64,000 nucleotides of DNA, taken from NCBI RefSeq assembly GCF_902713615.1, contig NC_052147.1, forward strand, positions 182,182,267 through 182,246,266. Reading direction: 5' to 3'. Positions 26,852 to 40,730 of the stretch are shown piece by piece. Made by a program: the position numbers and the translations under genes. The stretch comes from Scyliorhinus canicula. Taxonomy: Eukaryota. Each line of letters starts with the position of its first letter. Positions within the stretch are counted from its first letter, which is position 1. The notes under the pieces are model-generated. The model saw only the letters and a program-made list of their open reading frames with translations. It did no database searches and was not told the origin of the DNA.

Positions 26852-27597
26852 GGGCAGCATGGTAGCACAATGGGTAGCAGTGTTGCTTCAAAAACTCCAG
26901 GGTCCCAGGTTCGATTCCCAGCTTGGGTCACTGTCTTTGTGGAATCTGCACTTTGTCCCAGTGTCGGTATGGGTTTCCTTCAGGTGCTCCGGTTTCCTCC
27001 CACAAGTCCTGAAAGACATGGGGCTAGATTCTCCGATTCTGGCGCTATGTCCTCACGCTGGTGTGGGAATGGTGGCGTTTTACGCCAGAAAAAATGGCAC
27101 AAAGCGGCCACCGATTCCCCGTTTTGCTGGGAGCTAGCATGCCGGCAGCGTAGAGCACCCGGTTCTAGGTGCCGATATTGTCGGGTCCGTGGCCGCGCAT
27201 ACGCACGGCAACGGCCGCGCCGTGCTACATGGCGGAGGACGCACGCCGGCCCAGCCCGCGAAATAGTGCCCACCCTTTGGCCGGCTTGCATATCGGGAAC
27301 TCAGCTGGTCAGTGGCGGAGCATTGGGGGCGTGCTTCAGGAAATGCCCTGACGCCGTCAATATGCCACTTTGAAAAGGGCAGAGCGTCGCGAAAGCGGCG
27401 ACGCTTACGATTTGGTCGGAAACTTGGATTCTCCAGCCAAACTCGAATCCAGCCTGTGCTGTTAGGTAATTTGGACATTCTGAATTCTCCCTCTGTGTAC
27501 CCGAACAGACGCCGGAATGTGGCGACTAGGGGCTTTTCACCGTAACTTCATTGCAGTGTAAACGTAAGTCTACTTGTGACAATAAAGATTATTATTA
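26852..27597 (+). mobile_element. HE1/V-SINE-type SINE with (ATT)n tail, split by a MITE
   Basis: Head and core at 26852-27020; tail at 27456-27597 ending GTGACAATAAAGATTATTATT. Confidence 0.85.
27021..27455. mobile_element. Harbinger-type MITE inserted in a SINE, TSD ATG/GTG
   Basis: TIRs GGGCTAGATTC / GAATCCAGCCT; the SINE resumes directly after (GTGCTGTTAGG). Confidence 0.75.
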
Positions 27598-28657
27598 TGG
27601 AGCAGTGCGGGGTTCCGCAGTCCGCAGTGCGGTGTCGGAGAACGGTTGAGAGATCGGGCAGCATTTTTTGAAAACGGCGCCCCGATCTCCGTGCACTGAC
27701 GGGCAGTGAGGCGCGGTGTTCCTGACCGCAGCCAAAAGAAAAGAGTCCCGTTTGATAGCGCTGCAGGCCCAGAGAAAGACCTCGCTATACGCACCCAAAC
27801 AGGATTCTGTTGTTTGGGCATGAGATTGTGCTCTTTACATTCCTGCCTGCCACCGGACTTAGTCCCAGGATGGAAGAATTCAGCCCATGGGGTCGTAAAT
27901 TCCAGTCTTGGTGCGAATACAAGTTTATATCTTTGTGGGTGGAGGGGGAGGGGAGGGGGAGGCAATTGGTGGTGGTGGAATTACACATTTGGACTAGATC
28001 TTAAAGGTTAAGTCAGGGGGTTATATTCGCTTTTCCCCTATTTCTCAATGCAGGAGGAGGTCTCCCAAGAAATTCCTTTCTTTAAACCTTGGTGGCGCTG
28101 TCCCGCAAACTAACAAGAGTCCCTTTGAGGCTTTTTAACTAGACTCCACCCTTTATTAGATTAGGGTGATCCATGCCAGAGGAGATTAAATATCTCCTGT
28201 AGTCAGAATGGCTCCTATGGGAACTAAAAGGTTTATCCCAAAAACTTCTCTTCAGCCCATTTGGACTCCTGCCTCACAAGGGTGGTTCATGCCATCGATG
28301 CACCCTACAAGCAGTGGTGTCTGGCACCTTCCAACAAACAACCCTTGCTTGGAATTTGGAAGGAGTCTCTGGCCTTGCTCAAGGTTGGAAAGCAGGTTTC
28401 ACTCTGCTGCAAATACATCAGAAGTTGGGGCTTTGCAGGCATTTTCTTTTACCTGCATGCCTCATGGAAGGTAGTGGACTGGGAAGGAAGGGAGAGGGAG
28501 GTAAAACCATCCCCTTACAGCTGTTCGCTGGTAACCCGTTAGCCTGCGCCAGGACAGAGGCCACCTGCTTTTCAGTTTAACTTTGGAGGGGAATTAAAGG
28601 CCAAATATGTTTTAAACATGTTTAATATTACATAATAACATTTCAGTGAAATTTCTA

Positions 28658-28822
<165 letters not shown>

Positions 28823-30914
28823 TTACCGAATGGAAATACCCTGTTCATTTATGAATCACAAGGTACTTAATATCTACAAAGATAATTTCAGTAAAAGGCG
28901 TGACCATGACTAAATGAAACCTGATGTGACTACAATTTAAACCACGCAGTATAATATCATGTTAGTTTGATAGTAATGTTAGCACAGTGGCATGCCATCT
29001 ATTATGATTCACTGTAACAGCCGCCACTTGTGAAACAGATCACAACTACTGGCTCCATGAACTGGGCAGGAGTTAAAACACTAGCTCTGGGCATTCTGAA
29101 CTAGTGCCCGCCACCGTTTTGATTGTTTATTTTTCTTCCATTCTTCTGGGCAACCATCATCTCTCTGATGAGAGGAGACAGACAAACCTAGCACTGAACC
29201 TCGACACTGCTCTTTAGGTGGTTCAAGGAGTTGCTGGAAGAATTGGGCCCTTCAATACTCGCCTCCCAGCAAGGATTTACCTAGCTCTGCTTGGTATCTT
29301 CCTGCGGCAGAAATGAGATTGGAAATCTCATAAATGATGAATTAATGGCCATTCTGAGTGCTGCCGGGGAGGGCGGGAAGAGAGCGAGTGTCGAGTGCAG
29401 GCAGGCGTTTCCAGCAAACCCCCTGATGACTGCCTCAGAGAGTTGCAGTATTGTTTTAATGACATTTGAACCAAACATATACTGGCAAACTATCATAGCG
29501 AATCAAGCAACTGGCAGAAAAACACATCTAAATCCTCAAACATTGTATTTTATTTAATCCTGGACATTTTATCCCACTTTGGATCGGAAATGGTGAAAAT
29601 ACATGAACGCCACCTGACCGCTTGATCCATGTGCCAAGTATAAAAGCACACAGGCCATGTAAAATTAGGGCCAATCGTATACTTAATTAAGTTAACTGTG
29701 CTTTCAATTGTTGGCGGGTGCACTTCCGATGCTTGTGTGCTTCCCATGACCAAAATATCGCATGCGGGCACCATGACGTCAGGAAGCATGGCCGACATCT
29801 TCTCATGCAACATCATGCGAGTATGGGTCAGCCAAGTGTCTGCCCAAACTCCATAAAATTGGCCACTGAATTGTGGAACATGTTTGCAAAAAGGAACTCA
29901 CAATCCAATATAACAAACAGCAATTTATTTATTCATTCAACTTTGCCCTAGGTCTTAGAACTTTACTCAAAGTTTCGCTTCAGGTGAATATTTATTTTTT
30001 GAGTTGTCAACCTTCTTTGGGGACGTGTCAAATTTCTTGATGCTGGAGGTTAGTTTCTCAAAGCCTTTGTAGGTTGGCCTGTATGGAAACCTGATACAAA
30101 ACCTAACCTCCCTGACATTGGCTTTCTGCCACTTTATAGTTATGTACCTAATGTAGTAGTTCTTCACATCCACATCATGTAACAAGCAGCTTGATTCAGA
30201 AGGAACCACCAAATTCAGTTTGTTTGAATAGATTAAGGTCAATAGGACGGTTTAAATACATTGCTGAGGAAACTTCAGCTGATCCAATGATCCATTATGT
30301 TTAGATTATTTCATGACTAAAGAACTGTAAAATGTGCAGAAGCTTGCTGCTGTATTGTGTATTGCAACGGAAATGAATGGAAACGCAGAAATTGAATTTG
30401 GATACCAATATGTCAGAGTACAACTAAAAGTAGTTCTGTTCTGTTTTGTAATTTTTATATTGCTCATGTTTCTATCATCAATGTGGTGACTCCAGTCAAG
30501 TATAGACCACGTGGTCTTCTCGTACTGTTTAGTTGCCACAAGGGGTACCATTTCCTAAGTGGGCATTTCCCATTTCTGAAACTGGGCAGTAAGTATATAA
30601 GCAGGGTACAAGACTATGTAAGGCTGTCACAGCTAAAGACAATGAGCACATTTCTCCCAAAACTTTTTAAGAGCGCAATTCTCCGGAAAGATTTCCAAGT
30701 GTGGTAGCAAGCAGGAACTGCTGCGAGCTTCCTGACTCTCGGGCCGGAGACGCTATTCAACATTAACTGGCCCACATAACGAGGCCCCACAGACTTCTCG
30801 CCGCAAATTAAGGTTCCCCAGCGCTCGCCAGCACCCCCCACCACCCCTCCCACCGACAAGGTCGAGCAGCACTTAAACAGCAGTTACAAAGCGAGCCCCA
30901 CTCAGCTCACAGCC

Positions 30915-31490
30915 ATGGCGCTGAGACAACCGGCCCCAAGATTCGGGGATGCAGATCTGGGGAGGCTCCTTGATGCAGTGATGTCTTGTTCTCTCGAGGG
31001 TCCCGGTGGGTGAGCTACAGGGCAGCCAGTGCTGCCTGGGGCACGGTGGCATCGGCCGTGAGCTTGGGGAGTGTGACTAGGAGGACTGGCCTCCAGTGTC
31101 GTAAGAAGGTCAACAACCTACACCGGCCAACACGGGTGAGCTGACACCAACAACCCCATTTCCCCCCCCCCCCCCCCCCCCCCCGTCCCGTCCCCGGAGA
31201 CCTTTCTGTCCCCATGTGAGCATCCTCCAACGCTCCCTTCACCCCCCTTCCTTCAACCCTGCTAACTCTCCTTCACACACCCCCCTCACACCACAGTGAA
31301 CCACGCATGTGGCTAACGATGCTCTCTGTGCCTCCGCAGGAGAAGCTCTCCCACAATCACCAGGAGAGGGCCCAGGCTGGTGGAGGGGTGCCGGACATGT
31401 GCATCCTCACTACCTTCGAGAAACGGGCCCTGATGGGGCTGGCCAAGGACAGAGCAGTCACCAATGTGGAGGTTGGCGGACGCTACAGCG
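30915..31490 (+). pseudogene. Harbinger Myb/SANT-like (NAIF1/MSANTD-type) gene remnant with intron, inside an internally deleted element (about 30670-31620)
   Basis: MALRQPAPRFGDADLGRLLDAV..DVLF..AAWGTVASAVS..RRTGLQCRKKVNNL|gtgag...cag|EKLSHNHQERAQAGGG..LTTFEKRAL|gtgag; one frameshifting deletion near 30980. Confidence 0.8.
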
Positions 31491-31810
31491 GTGAGGGTCC
31501 ATCGGGCCCACCCATATTTAAATGAGCCGTAAATATCACTGGGCGTGATCCGGATTGCACCAGGCGCCATGAATCACGAGATCTGTGATCAGCCTAGCTC
31601 AATGCCCAACTTGGGCCTCTCCCATCATTCACCCTTCACACCCGGCTCCATGCCGGGCGCAGCACTATGGATGCACCTCGCCCCAATGTCATTCCCATTC
31701 AATAGTCATGTACATATATATTCCTGTAGGAGTTGTCGTATAATGATCTGGAAGGCACTGCCTGAAACTGGTGGATGCAGAGTTCACATCACTCTCAAAA
31801 GGGAATTGGA

Positions 31811-32020
31811 GGGCGGCACAGTGGGTTAGCCCTGCTGCCTCACGGCACCGAGGTCCCAGGCTCGATCCCGGCTCTGGGTCACTGTCCGTGTGGAGTTTGC
31901 ACATTCTCCCCGTGTTTGCGTGGGTTTCACCCCCACAACCCAAAGATGTGCAGGGTAGGTGGATTGGCCTCGATAAATTGCCCCTTAATTGGAAAAAATG
32001 AATTGGGTAAAAAAAAAAAG
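31811..32020 (+). mobile_element. SINE with poly(A) tail and TSD GGAATTGGA, inside an old CR1 3' fragment
   Basis: GGAATTGGA on both flanks. Confidence 0.85.
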
Positions 32021-32109
32021 GAATTGGATATATGCTTGATAAGAAAACAAATGTAGGACTATAGTAAGAGTAGGGGAGTGGAATACCAACAGATTTGTAA
32101 ATTTCATTG

Positions 32110-35100
32110 CCGGAGCAGCGGCCAGCCATTGGATACCGGCAGGTGCTGAGCCTATCGGGAGGTGAGTGTGAGTTGTAAGTTTAAATTACTTACCTTTGCA
32201 GGAAACAGGAAGTTTGTCCCGCGGACTTCTGGGAAGGTTTACCCCTCCCTAGTCAATAAATTCTGGTGGAGAGGAAACCCGAGACACTACACGTGTAGTG
32301 TCTCCCACCCGCCCTCCTCCTCTAACCTAATAATAAGACCCATTGGGGTGAGCAGGTGAGTGCCTTATTACATTATTATTTTTCTTTTTCTTATTTGTTA
32401 ACCAGAACTAGGTTGGAAAAGACTATAGCAGAGGTATCCAAGTTTTTTTTTTAACTGAAATTTATACAAAGTGATAAAGTAATTAACTAATCAGGGATGG
32501 CTGGGCAGGTGATGTGCTGTAGCTGTATGATGTGGGAGCTGGCTGTTCCCCTTGTGAATGGCAATGACCACATCTGCAGCAAGTGTTGGTTGCTGGAAGA
32601 ACTCCGGCTCAGAGTTGATGATCTGGAATCTGAGCTTCAAACACTGCGGCACATTCGGGAGGGGGAGAGTTACCTGGACACTTTGTTTCAGGAGGCAGTC
32701 ACACCTGGGAGATTAAGTAATTCACATTCAGTAAGTGATCAGGGACTTCAGAGTGTGACTGTAAGTGAGGCAGGCAGGGGGAACCTGAGTGCAGGAGCCT
32801 CAGCCCTTGACCTTGTCCAACAGGTATGAGACTCTTGCTCCCTGTATGGATGAGGAAAAGGGCTCTGGACAGGATGAGCCAGCTGACCACGGTACCATGG
32901 TGCAGAAGGCCATTCAAGAGGGGGGAGTAAAAAGACAAGTAGTTCTTATAGGGGATTCTATAATTAGGGGGACAGATAGTATCCTATGCAAGCCGGATCG
33001 GGAGTCTCGCATGGTGTGTTGCCTGCCCGGTGCCAGGGTGCGGGACGTCTCCGACCGGCTTGAAAGGATATTGGAGCGAGAGGGGGAGGATCCAGTTGTT
33101 GTGGTCCACGTTGGGACTAACAACATAGGTAAAGCTAGGGTGGAGGACCTGTTCGGGGACTATCAAGCACTAGGAAGAAAATTGAAATACAGGTCCTCAA
33201 GTGTCATAATCTCCGGATTACTGCCCGAGCCACGTGCCAATTGGCATAGGGATAAGAAAATTAGGGAAGTAAACACGTGGCTAAGGGATTGGTGTGGGAA
33301 AGAGGGATTCCACTTCATGGGACATTGGCATCAGTTTTGGAACCGGGGGGGATCTGTACCGTTGGGACGGTCTCCACCTGAACCGATCTGGAACCAGTGT
33401 TCTAGCGAAGAGGATAAATAGGGTGGTCAGTAGGACTTTAAACTTCTGAGTTGGGGGGGAAGGGAAAGTGAAAGCGACAGGGAGCATGGAGTTAAATGGC
33501 AAGATACACAGGAGGATAACATGTAGGCAGGTGGATTTAAGCTTGAGGCAGACTAGGAATGCAACAAAAAGGAAGGATAACTTTGGACATCTTAGGACTT
33601 CCAATATCTGTAATGATAAGAAAGTTAGCATTAAGGCACTTTACCTGAATGCTCGTAGCATTTGTAACAAAGTAGACGAACTAATGGCACAGATCATCGT
33701 GAATGATTATGATGTGGTAGGCATCACAGAGACATGGCTGCAGGGGGGTTCAGGACTGGCAGTTAAACATCCAAGGATATACAACCTATCGAAAAGACAG
33801 GGAGGTGGGCCGAGGGGGTGGGGTTGCCTTGTTAGTTAAGAACAAAATTAAATCTATGGCACTAAACGACATAAGGTCGGATGATGTGGAGTCTGTGTGG
33901 GTAGAATTGAGGAACCACAAAGGCAAAAAAACCATAATGGGAGTTATGTACAGACCTCCTAACAGTGGTCAGGACCAGGGGCGCAACATGTACCGGGAAA
34001 TAGAAAAGGCATGTCAGAAAGGCAAGGTCACGGTGATCATGGGGGACTTCAATATGCAGGTGGATTGGGTAAATAACGTAGCCAGTGGATCCAAAGAAAA
34101 GGAATTCATGGAATGCTTACAAGATGGCTTTTTGGAACAGCTTGTCATGGAGCCCACAAGGGAGCAGGCTATTCTGGACCTAGTGCTATGTAATGAACCA
34201 GACTTTATAAAAGATCTTAAAGTAAGGGAACACTTAGGAAGCAGCGATCATAATATGGTTGAGTTCAGTCTGCAGTTTGAAAGAGAGAAGGCAAAATCGG
34301 ATGTAATGGTGTTACAGTTAAATAAAGGTAATTACGAGGGCATGAGAGAGGAACTGGCGAAAATCGACTGGAAGCAGACCCTAGTGGGGAAGACAGTAGA
34401 GCAAAAATGGCAGGAGTTTGTATGCATAATTGAGGACACTGTACAGAGGTTCATCCCCAAGAAAAGAAAGATTATCCGAGGAGGGATTAGACAGCCATGG
34501 CTGACAAAGGAGGTCAGGAAATGTATCAAAGAAAAAGAGAGATCCTATAAAGTGGCCAAAAGCACTGGGAAATCAGAAGATTGGGAAGGCTACAAAAACA
34601 AACAGAGGTTAACAAAGAGACAAATAAGGAAGGAGAGGATCAAATATGAAGGCAGGCTAGCCAGTAATATAAGAAATGATAGTAAAAGTTTCTTTCAATA
34701 CATAAGAAACAAACGACAGGCCAAAGTAGACATTGGGCCAATTCAAACTGATTCCGGAAGGCTAGTGATGGGAGATGAGGAAATGGCTGGAGAACTTAAT
34801 AAGTACTTTGCGTCTGTCTTCACAGTGGAAGACATGAGTAATATCCCAAAAATTATAAAGGGTCAAGGGGCTGAGTTGAGTATGGTTGCCATTACAAAAG
34901 AGATGGTGCTAAAAAAGCTAAAAGGTCTTAAAATTGACAAATCTCCTGGCCCCGATGGGCTACATCCTAGAGTTCTGAGGGAGGTGGCTGAAGAAATAGC
35001 GGAAGCGTTGGTTGAGATCTTTCAAAAATCACTGGAGTCAGGGAAAGTCCCGGACGATTGGAAGATTGCTGTTGTAACCCCTTTGTTCAAGAAAGGATCA

Positions 35101-36515
35101 AGACAAAAGATGGAAAATTATAGGCCAATTAGCCTAACCTCGGTTGTTGGTAAAATTCTAGAATCGATCGTTAAGGATGAGATTTCTAAATTCTTGGAAG
35201 AGCAGGGTCGGATTAGAACAAGTCAACATGGATTTAGTAAGGGGAGGTCGTGCCTGACGAACCTGTTAGAATTCTTTGAGGAGGTGACAAGTAGGTTAGA
35301 CCAGGGAAACCCAGTGGATGTGGTCTATCTGGATTTCCAAAAGGCCTTTGATATGGTGCCACACAGGAGGCTGCTGAGTAAGGTGAGGGCCCATGGTGTT
35401 CGAGGTGAGCTACTGGCATGGGTTGAGGATTGGCTGTCTGACAGAAGGCAGAGAGTTGGGATAAAAGGTTCTTTTTCGGAATGGCAGCCGGTGACCAGCG
35501 GTGTCCCACAGGGTTCAGTGTTGGGGCCGCAGCTGTTCACCATATATATTAATGATCTGGATGAAGGGACTGGGGGAATTCTAGTGAAGTTTGCCGATGA
35601 TATGAAGTTAGGTGGTCAGGCAGGTAGTGCTGAGGAAGTGGGGAGGCTGCAGAAGGATCTAGACAGTTTGGGAGAGTGGTGCAGGAAATGGCTGATGCAA
35701 TTCAACGTGAGAAAATGTGAGGTCTTGCACTTTGGAAAAAAGAATCCAAGCATAGACTACTTTCTAAACGGTGAGAAAATTCATAATGCCAAAGTACAAA
35801 GGGATCTGGGAGTGCTAGTCGAGGATTCCCTAAAGGTAAACATGCAGGTTGAATCCGTGATTAAGAAAGCAAATGCAATGTTGTCATTTATCTCAAGAGG
35901 GTTGGAATATAAAAGCAGCGATGTGCTACTGAGCCTTTATAAGGCTCTGGTTAGGCCCCATTTGGAGTACTGTGTCCAGTTTTGGGCCCCACATCTCAGG
36001 AAGGACATACTGGCACTGGAGCGTGTCCAGCGGAGATTCACACGAATGATCCCTGGAATGGCGGGTCTAACATATGAGGAACGGCTGAGGATCCTGGGAT
36101 TGTATTCATTGGAGTTTAGAAGGTTAAGGGGAGATCTAATAGAAACTTACAAGATAATACATGGCTTAGAAAGGGTGGACGCAAAGAAACTGTTTCCGTT
36201 AGGCGAGGAGACGAGGACCCGTGGGCACAGCCTTAGAATTAGAGGGGGTAAATTCAGAACAGAAATGCGGAGACATTTCTTCAGCCAGAGAGTGGTGGGC
36301 CTGCGGAATTCATTGCCGCGGAGTGCAGTGGAGGCCGGGACGCTAAATGGCTTCAAGGCAGAGATAGATAAATTCTTGATGTCGCGAGGAATTAAGGGCT
36401 ACGGGGAGAATGCTGGTAGGTGGAGTTGAAATGCCCATCAGCCATGATTGAATGGCGGAGTGGACTCGATGGGCCGAATGGCCTTACTTCCACTCCTATG
36501 TCTTATGGTCTTATG
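32110..36515 (+). mobile_element. Near full-length CR1 LINE (ORF1 zinc finger plus SGNH esterase; ORF2 APE endonuclease plus RT)
   Basis: ORF1 motifs MCCSC...ICSKC, IGDSIIRG, HVGTNN, DGLHLN; ORF2 motifs YLNARS, ITETW, GDFN, SDH, PGPDG, YRPISLTS, GVPQGSVLGP, FADD; 3' tail ...CCTATGTCTTATGGTCTTATG; frameshifts near 32790, 33350 and 33748. Confidence 0.95.
33468..36429 (+). pseudogene. CR1 ORF2 (endonuclease-reverse transcriptase) with one frameshift near 33748
   Basis: ORF 33468-33839 carries the EN N-terminus; the 874-aa ORF 33805-36429 is uninterrupted. Confidence 0.9.
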
Positions 36516-37925
36516 TAAACCCTTATAACATACGGCAAGCAGGTGGGTAAGTGCAGAAGAGATTACTGGTCAGACATAAGGAAATTGGAGCCTCTACCAC
36601 CACTATTCCTAGGCCCAGACTACAACATGTATATAAAGTGCGACATCTTGGTGGCCAGATGGCTAGACACTGCTTTGGATCAGGTTTGTTCCAACAGTCT
36701 GGGGTTAGATCCCTGTTTCGGCTGGGGTAGATTCAGGACCTTCCTCTTTGCCCTCCCCATGGTGGAGGTTGCAACACTGTAGGTCGGACGTGCCTTCAGG
36801 CAGAGAACCGAAGAAAAAGAAGTTGATGCCCCAACGCAGATCCTTGCTGGATGCAACGAGTCATATCCTGCAAATAGAGTACTGCTCCTTATCCTTACTG
36901 TCTGTCCTCTGTTGTTCAACTGGGTTCCTGACTAGGTCAGTAAATTAGCATTCAATTCCATAAGCTTCAATTTTAGATAGGAGTCTCATATGGAAGACTT
37001 TATAAAATACCTTCTAAAAGATTATCGAAAAAAATGAATTAACTTTCCTCTGGGCACTACTTTAGTCACCCATTCACATAATTCAACCATGTTTCCAAAA
37101 AATGACCCACGCTTTAAGAATCTACCGAAAAGCTGCCACTGTCTTGATGGGCCAAATGACTCTGCGAAACTGTAACTCTCCAAAACCCAGTGGCATTGAG
37201 GGTGATCATAACACCCTAACATCTACCTGGACTGAGACCAAGCAACTGAGCATGAACTGGGTATGGACCCTGAGAATTGCCTTGGATATCTGGCTCAGTG
37301 TTTCACCAGTCGGTGCATTATCCCAGGGATCCTGGTTATATTTTTTGCTTCCTTTATTTTTAAAACATTCTGGCCTGGCAGCATGGAATATTTCTTGTTT
37401 AATAGCCTCGTGTTGCCCTTTACTCGAATCAGCTGCGCAACTAAAGTGAAAGATGCATTCTTTTTAAGATTGAAACGTTAATGATCTACCCAGACTGTCC
37501 TGAAAAACCAGTTTTATTCTACAATATTAACATCTAGAGTCTCCAAAAACCAAATGAGAACGGAAGGGAATTTTTAAAGGTCAGAAAAGACGATTCCGCA
37601 GTTCTGAATATTAATATGCTGCAGTGAAACAGGACGTGATGAGGAATGATTTTTTTCCAAGATAACGTAATAATCATTAAGTGCTCTGAACGTTATATTT
37701 ATTCAATATTCTATTTGTGATTGTAGCTATAATTTTTTATTATAATAAATGACATGCATACCTCTAAATGAGCTGAAGCCCGTCAAATTCATTAGTGTTC
37801 AACACAGCTTGAGAGCAAGATAATGAGGAGAAAAAGCTGCGGCTGCTAGATAAATAATGAGCTGTTCTCTCCCAATTCTCAAAATGCCAAGACAGAAAAT
37901 ATGGAAAAAAGCCATCATGTCATTA

Positions 37926-38186
<261 letters not shown>

Positions 38187-38720
38187 CTACCTTCACGATT
38201 AAAAGAAAATGCATCGTTTTCTAAGGCATCAAGAAAACCAAGGCAAAGGAATTCTGATTTAATTTTTCAATTGAATTAATGATACCTTTTTATGGGATGC
38301 ATAAAACTTGTCCAAGATTTTTTCTCTACTTTATGCAGAGAATCATAGAATGGTACAGTGGACAAGGAGGCCATTCAGTCAGTTGCGCTTGTGCTAGTTC
38401 TTTCCCCATAACCCTGTAATGTTTGTCCCTTCATCTATTTATCTAATTCCCCTTTGTACATTATTACTGAATCTGCAACCACCACCCTTTCAGGCAGTGA
38501 ATTCCAGATCACAACACACTGTGTAAACAACACAAAAATACAGTCAGCTAGAGGTGAAAAGGGAAAATGTTTTTTTACCCAGCAAATGAGACTCACTTTA
38601 CCGATTTCCACTCACGATATAAATAACAAGTGGAGGAACCGTTCTACTTGATCACTTTTGTGCTGATATTTCAGGGAGGATTATTATAATTATTTCATTT
38701 TGCCTTTTTTTAAGGTTTCA

Positions 38721-38864
<144 letters not shown>

Positions 38865-38960
38865 TTAAGTACAGAGAGATGGCTTCCCTGAAAATAATCC
38901 CAAATTTTATGAAATCTTAAAGACTAACCAATCTCTGTAACATTGCTCATAGGATATATT

Positions 38961-39168
38961 GGGGGAAATTTTCTGGACTCCCCACGCATGTTTCTTGGTG
39001 GCGAGAGGTGGCCCGCCCTAGGCCAGCAGTGGAATCTTCTGGTCCCACTGCCATGAAATGGGATTTTCCATTGAATTTGCCTCACGTCATCGGGAAACCT
39101 ACTGTGGTGATGCGCCATCGGCAGAACTGGAGGATCCCACTGGCATGAACAGACGGAGGATCGCGCAC
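38961..39168. mobile_element. Short older Harbinger-type MITE, TSD ATT
   Basis: Degenerate TIRs with ATT on both sides. Confidence 0.5.
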
Positions 39169-40730
39169 ATTGTTTTATATATATGAGCCCATTAAGTCTC
39201 TCAGTTTCCCTTTTTCTCATTTTGTTTATTACTCTTCTGTTTTAATTATTCTTCCTCTCTTCCTGTTTGTCTCCTTTTCATCTTCATTTGCTCACTATCT
39301 CTCTACAACTGCACACTTCTAGTGCCTTTAATGCATGCACTTCACAGGAGTGTTATCAAACCAAGTCAGACACAGAGGGGATAGTAGGATAGATGACCAA
39401 TAACCTGGTTAAAGAGGTAGTATTCAACACCAGGTTAAAGAAGTGTGTGGAGTTTGCACTTTCTCTCCATGTCTGTGTGGGTTTCCTCCGAGTGTTCCAG
39501 TTTCCTCCCACAGTCTAAAGATGTGCAGGTCACGTGGATTGGCCATGATGAATTGGGCCTACGTAGGGTAGTCTTTCGAATGGTTTGTGCGGACTCAATG
39601 GGCGGAATGGCCTCATTCTACACTCTAGGGATTTTAAAGAAGGACGGCAAGGTCAAGACAAAGAGGTTTAAGGAGAGAATGCCAGAGTGAAAAACTTTGG
39701 CAGCCAGAGGTATGGCCAGCATAGGAGCAATTAAAATAGTGGATGCAATGTAGGGCACAGGCAGCAGAGTTTGAATGACCTCAGGTTCATGGAGGAAAGC
39801 CAGGCAGGAGTACACTGGGATGGTCAAGTCTCAAGGAGTTCAGCAGCAGATGAGCCAAGACAGGAATGGTATTGGATGACGTTACAGTGGTGGAAATATA
39901 CAGTCTTTGTGACAGCTAGAATATGTAGTCAGAAGCTCATCTCGGGGTCAAATACGACACTATGGTTGCCAACAGTTTGGTTCGGCCTCCTACAGTTTGC
40001 CAGGGAGAGGACTGGAGATTCTGGCTAGGAGTGCAGACAATAAATTTGGTCTTCCAAATATTTAGTTGGAGGAAATTTTTACTCATCTAGTATTCGATGG
40101 CAGACAAGTAATCTGAATTACTGGAGAGAGTGGAGAGGTCGAGAGAGTTGATGGCGTGGTAGAGCTGGATATGGTCAGGATACATGTGAATACCATGCAG
40201 TGCTTTCGGTTTTTGTTGTCGAGAGGCAGAATGTAGAGAGAAATAAGAGGAGACCAGAGTTAGATGCATGGCCTCATGCACCAGAGCGAATGCTACAAGA
40301 GCAGGAAGGCAAGCCATTGCATATTAATTTTCTATTAAAAAAAATCTCTTTAGCAAACATACCTTGAAAGAACTATCCCAAAGAGTCACTGACCTTCACT
40401 ACAGAGTGGCTACATATAATGACGCAGAGAAGGCTGACAGTAAACGTGATATAGATTTATTTATAAGGGTCTGCATAATACAGCATCTTACTCCCAGAGC
40501 AATCCTAGCTGGGAGGACTTCTCACCAGGCTCTGGTCAGGGTCTGCTTTTAACCTCTGCTCATAACTCTGCTCCACGAATCCCATGGGGAGATCAATGAA
40601 AGCTTCCCCATGGTTGTCGCGGGGGTATGACACTGCAGAACAATGATGTTTCACCTTTACACTGGGCCAGTGAACATGGGGCTATATGGAAGTTCTGAAA
40701 TACGCAGGAAGATTTATAAAGAATCCAAAA

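Noticed and set aside
37630-37695. C/D snoRNA-like GTGATGA...CTGA
   Set aside because: Antisense to the host intron, short, no proper terminal stem and no recognisable rRNA guide.
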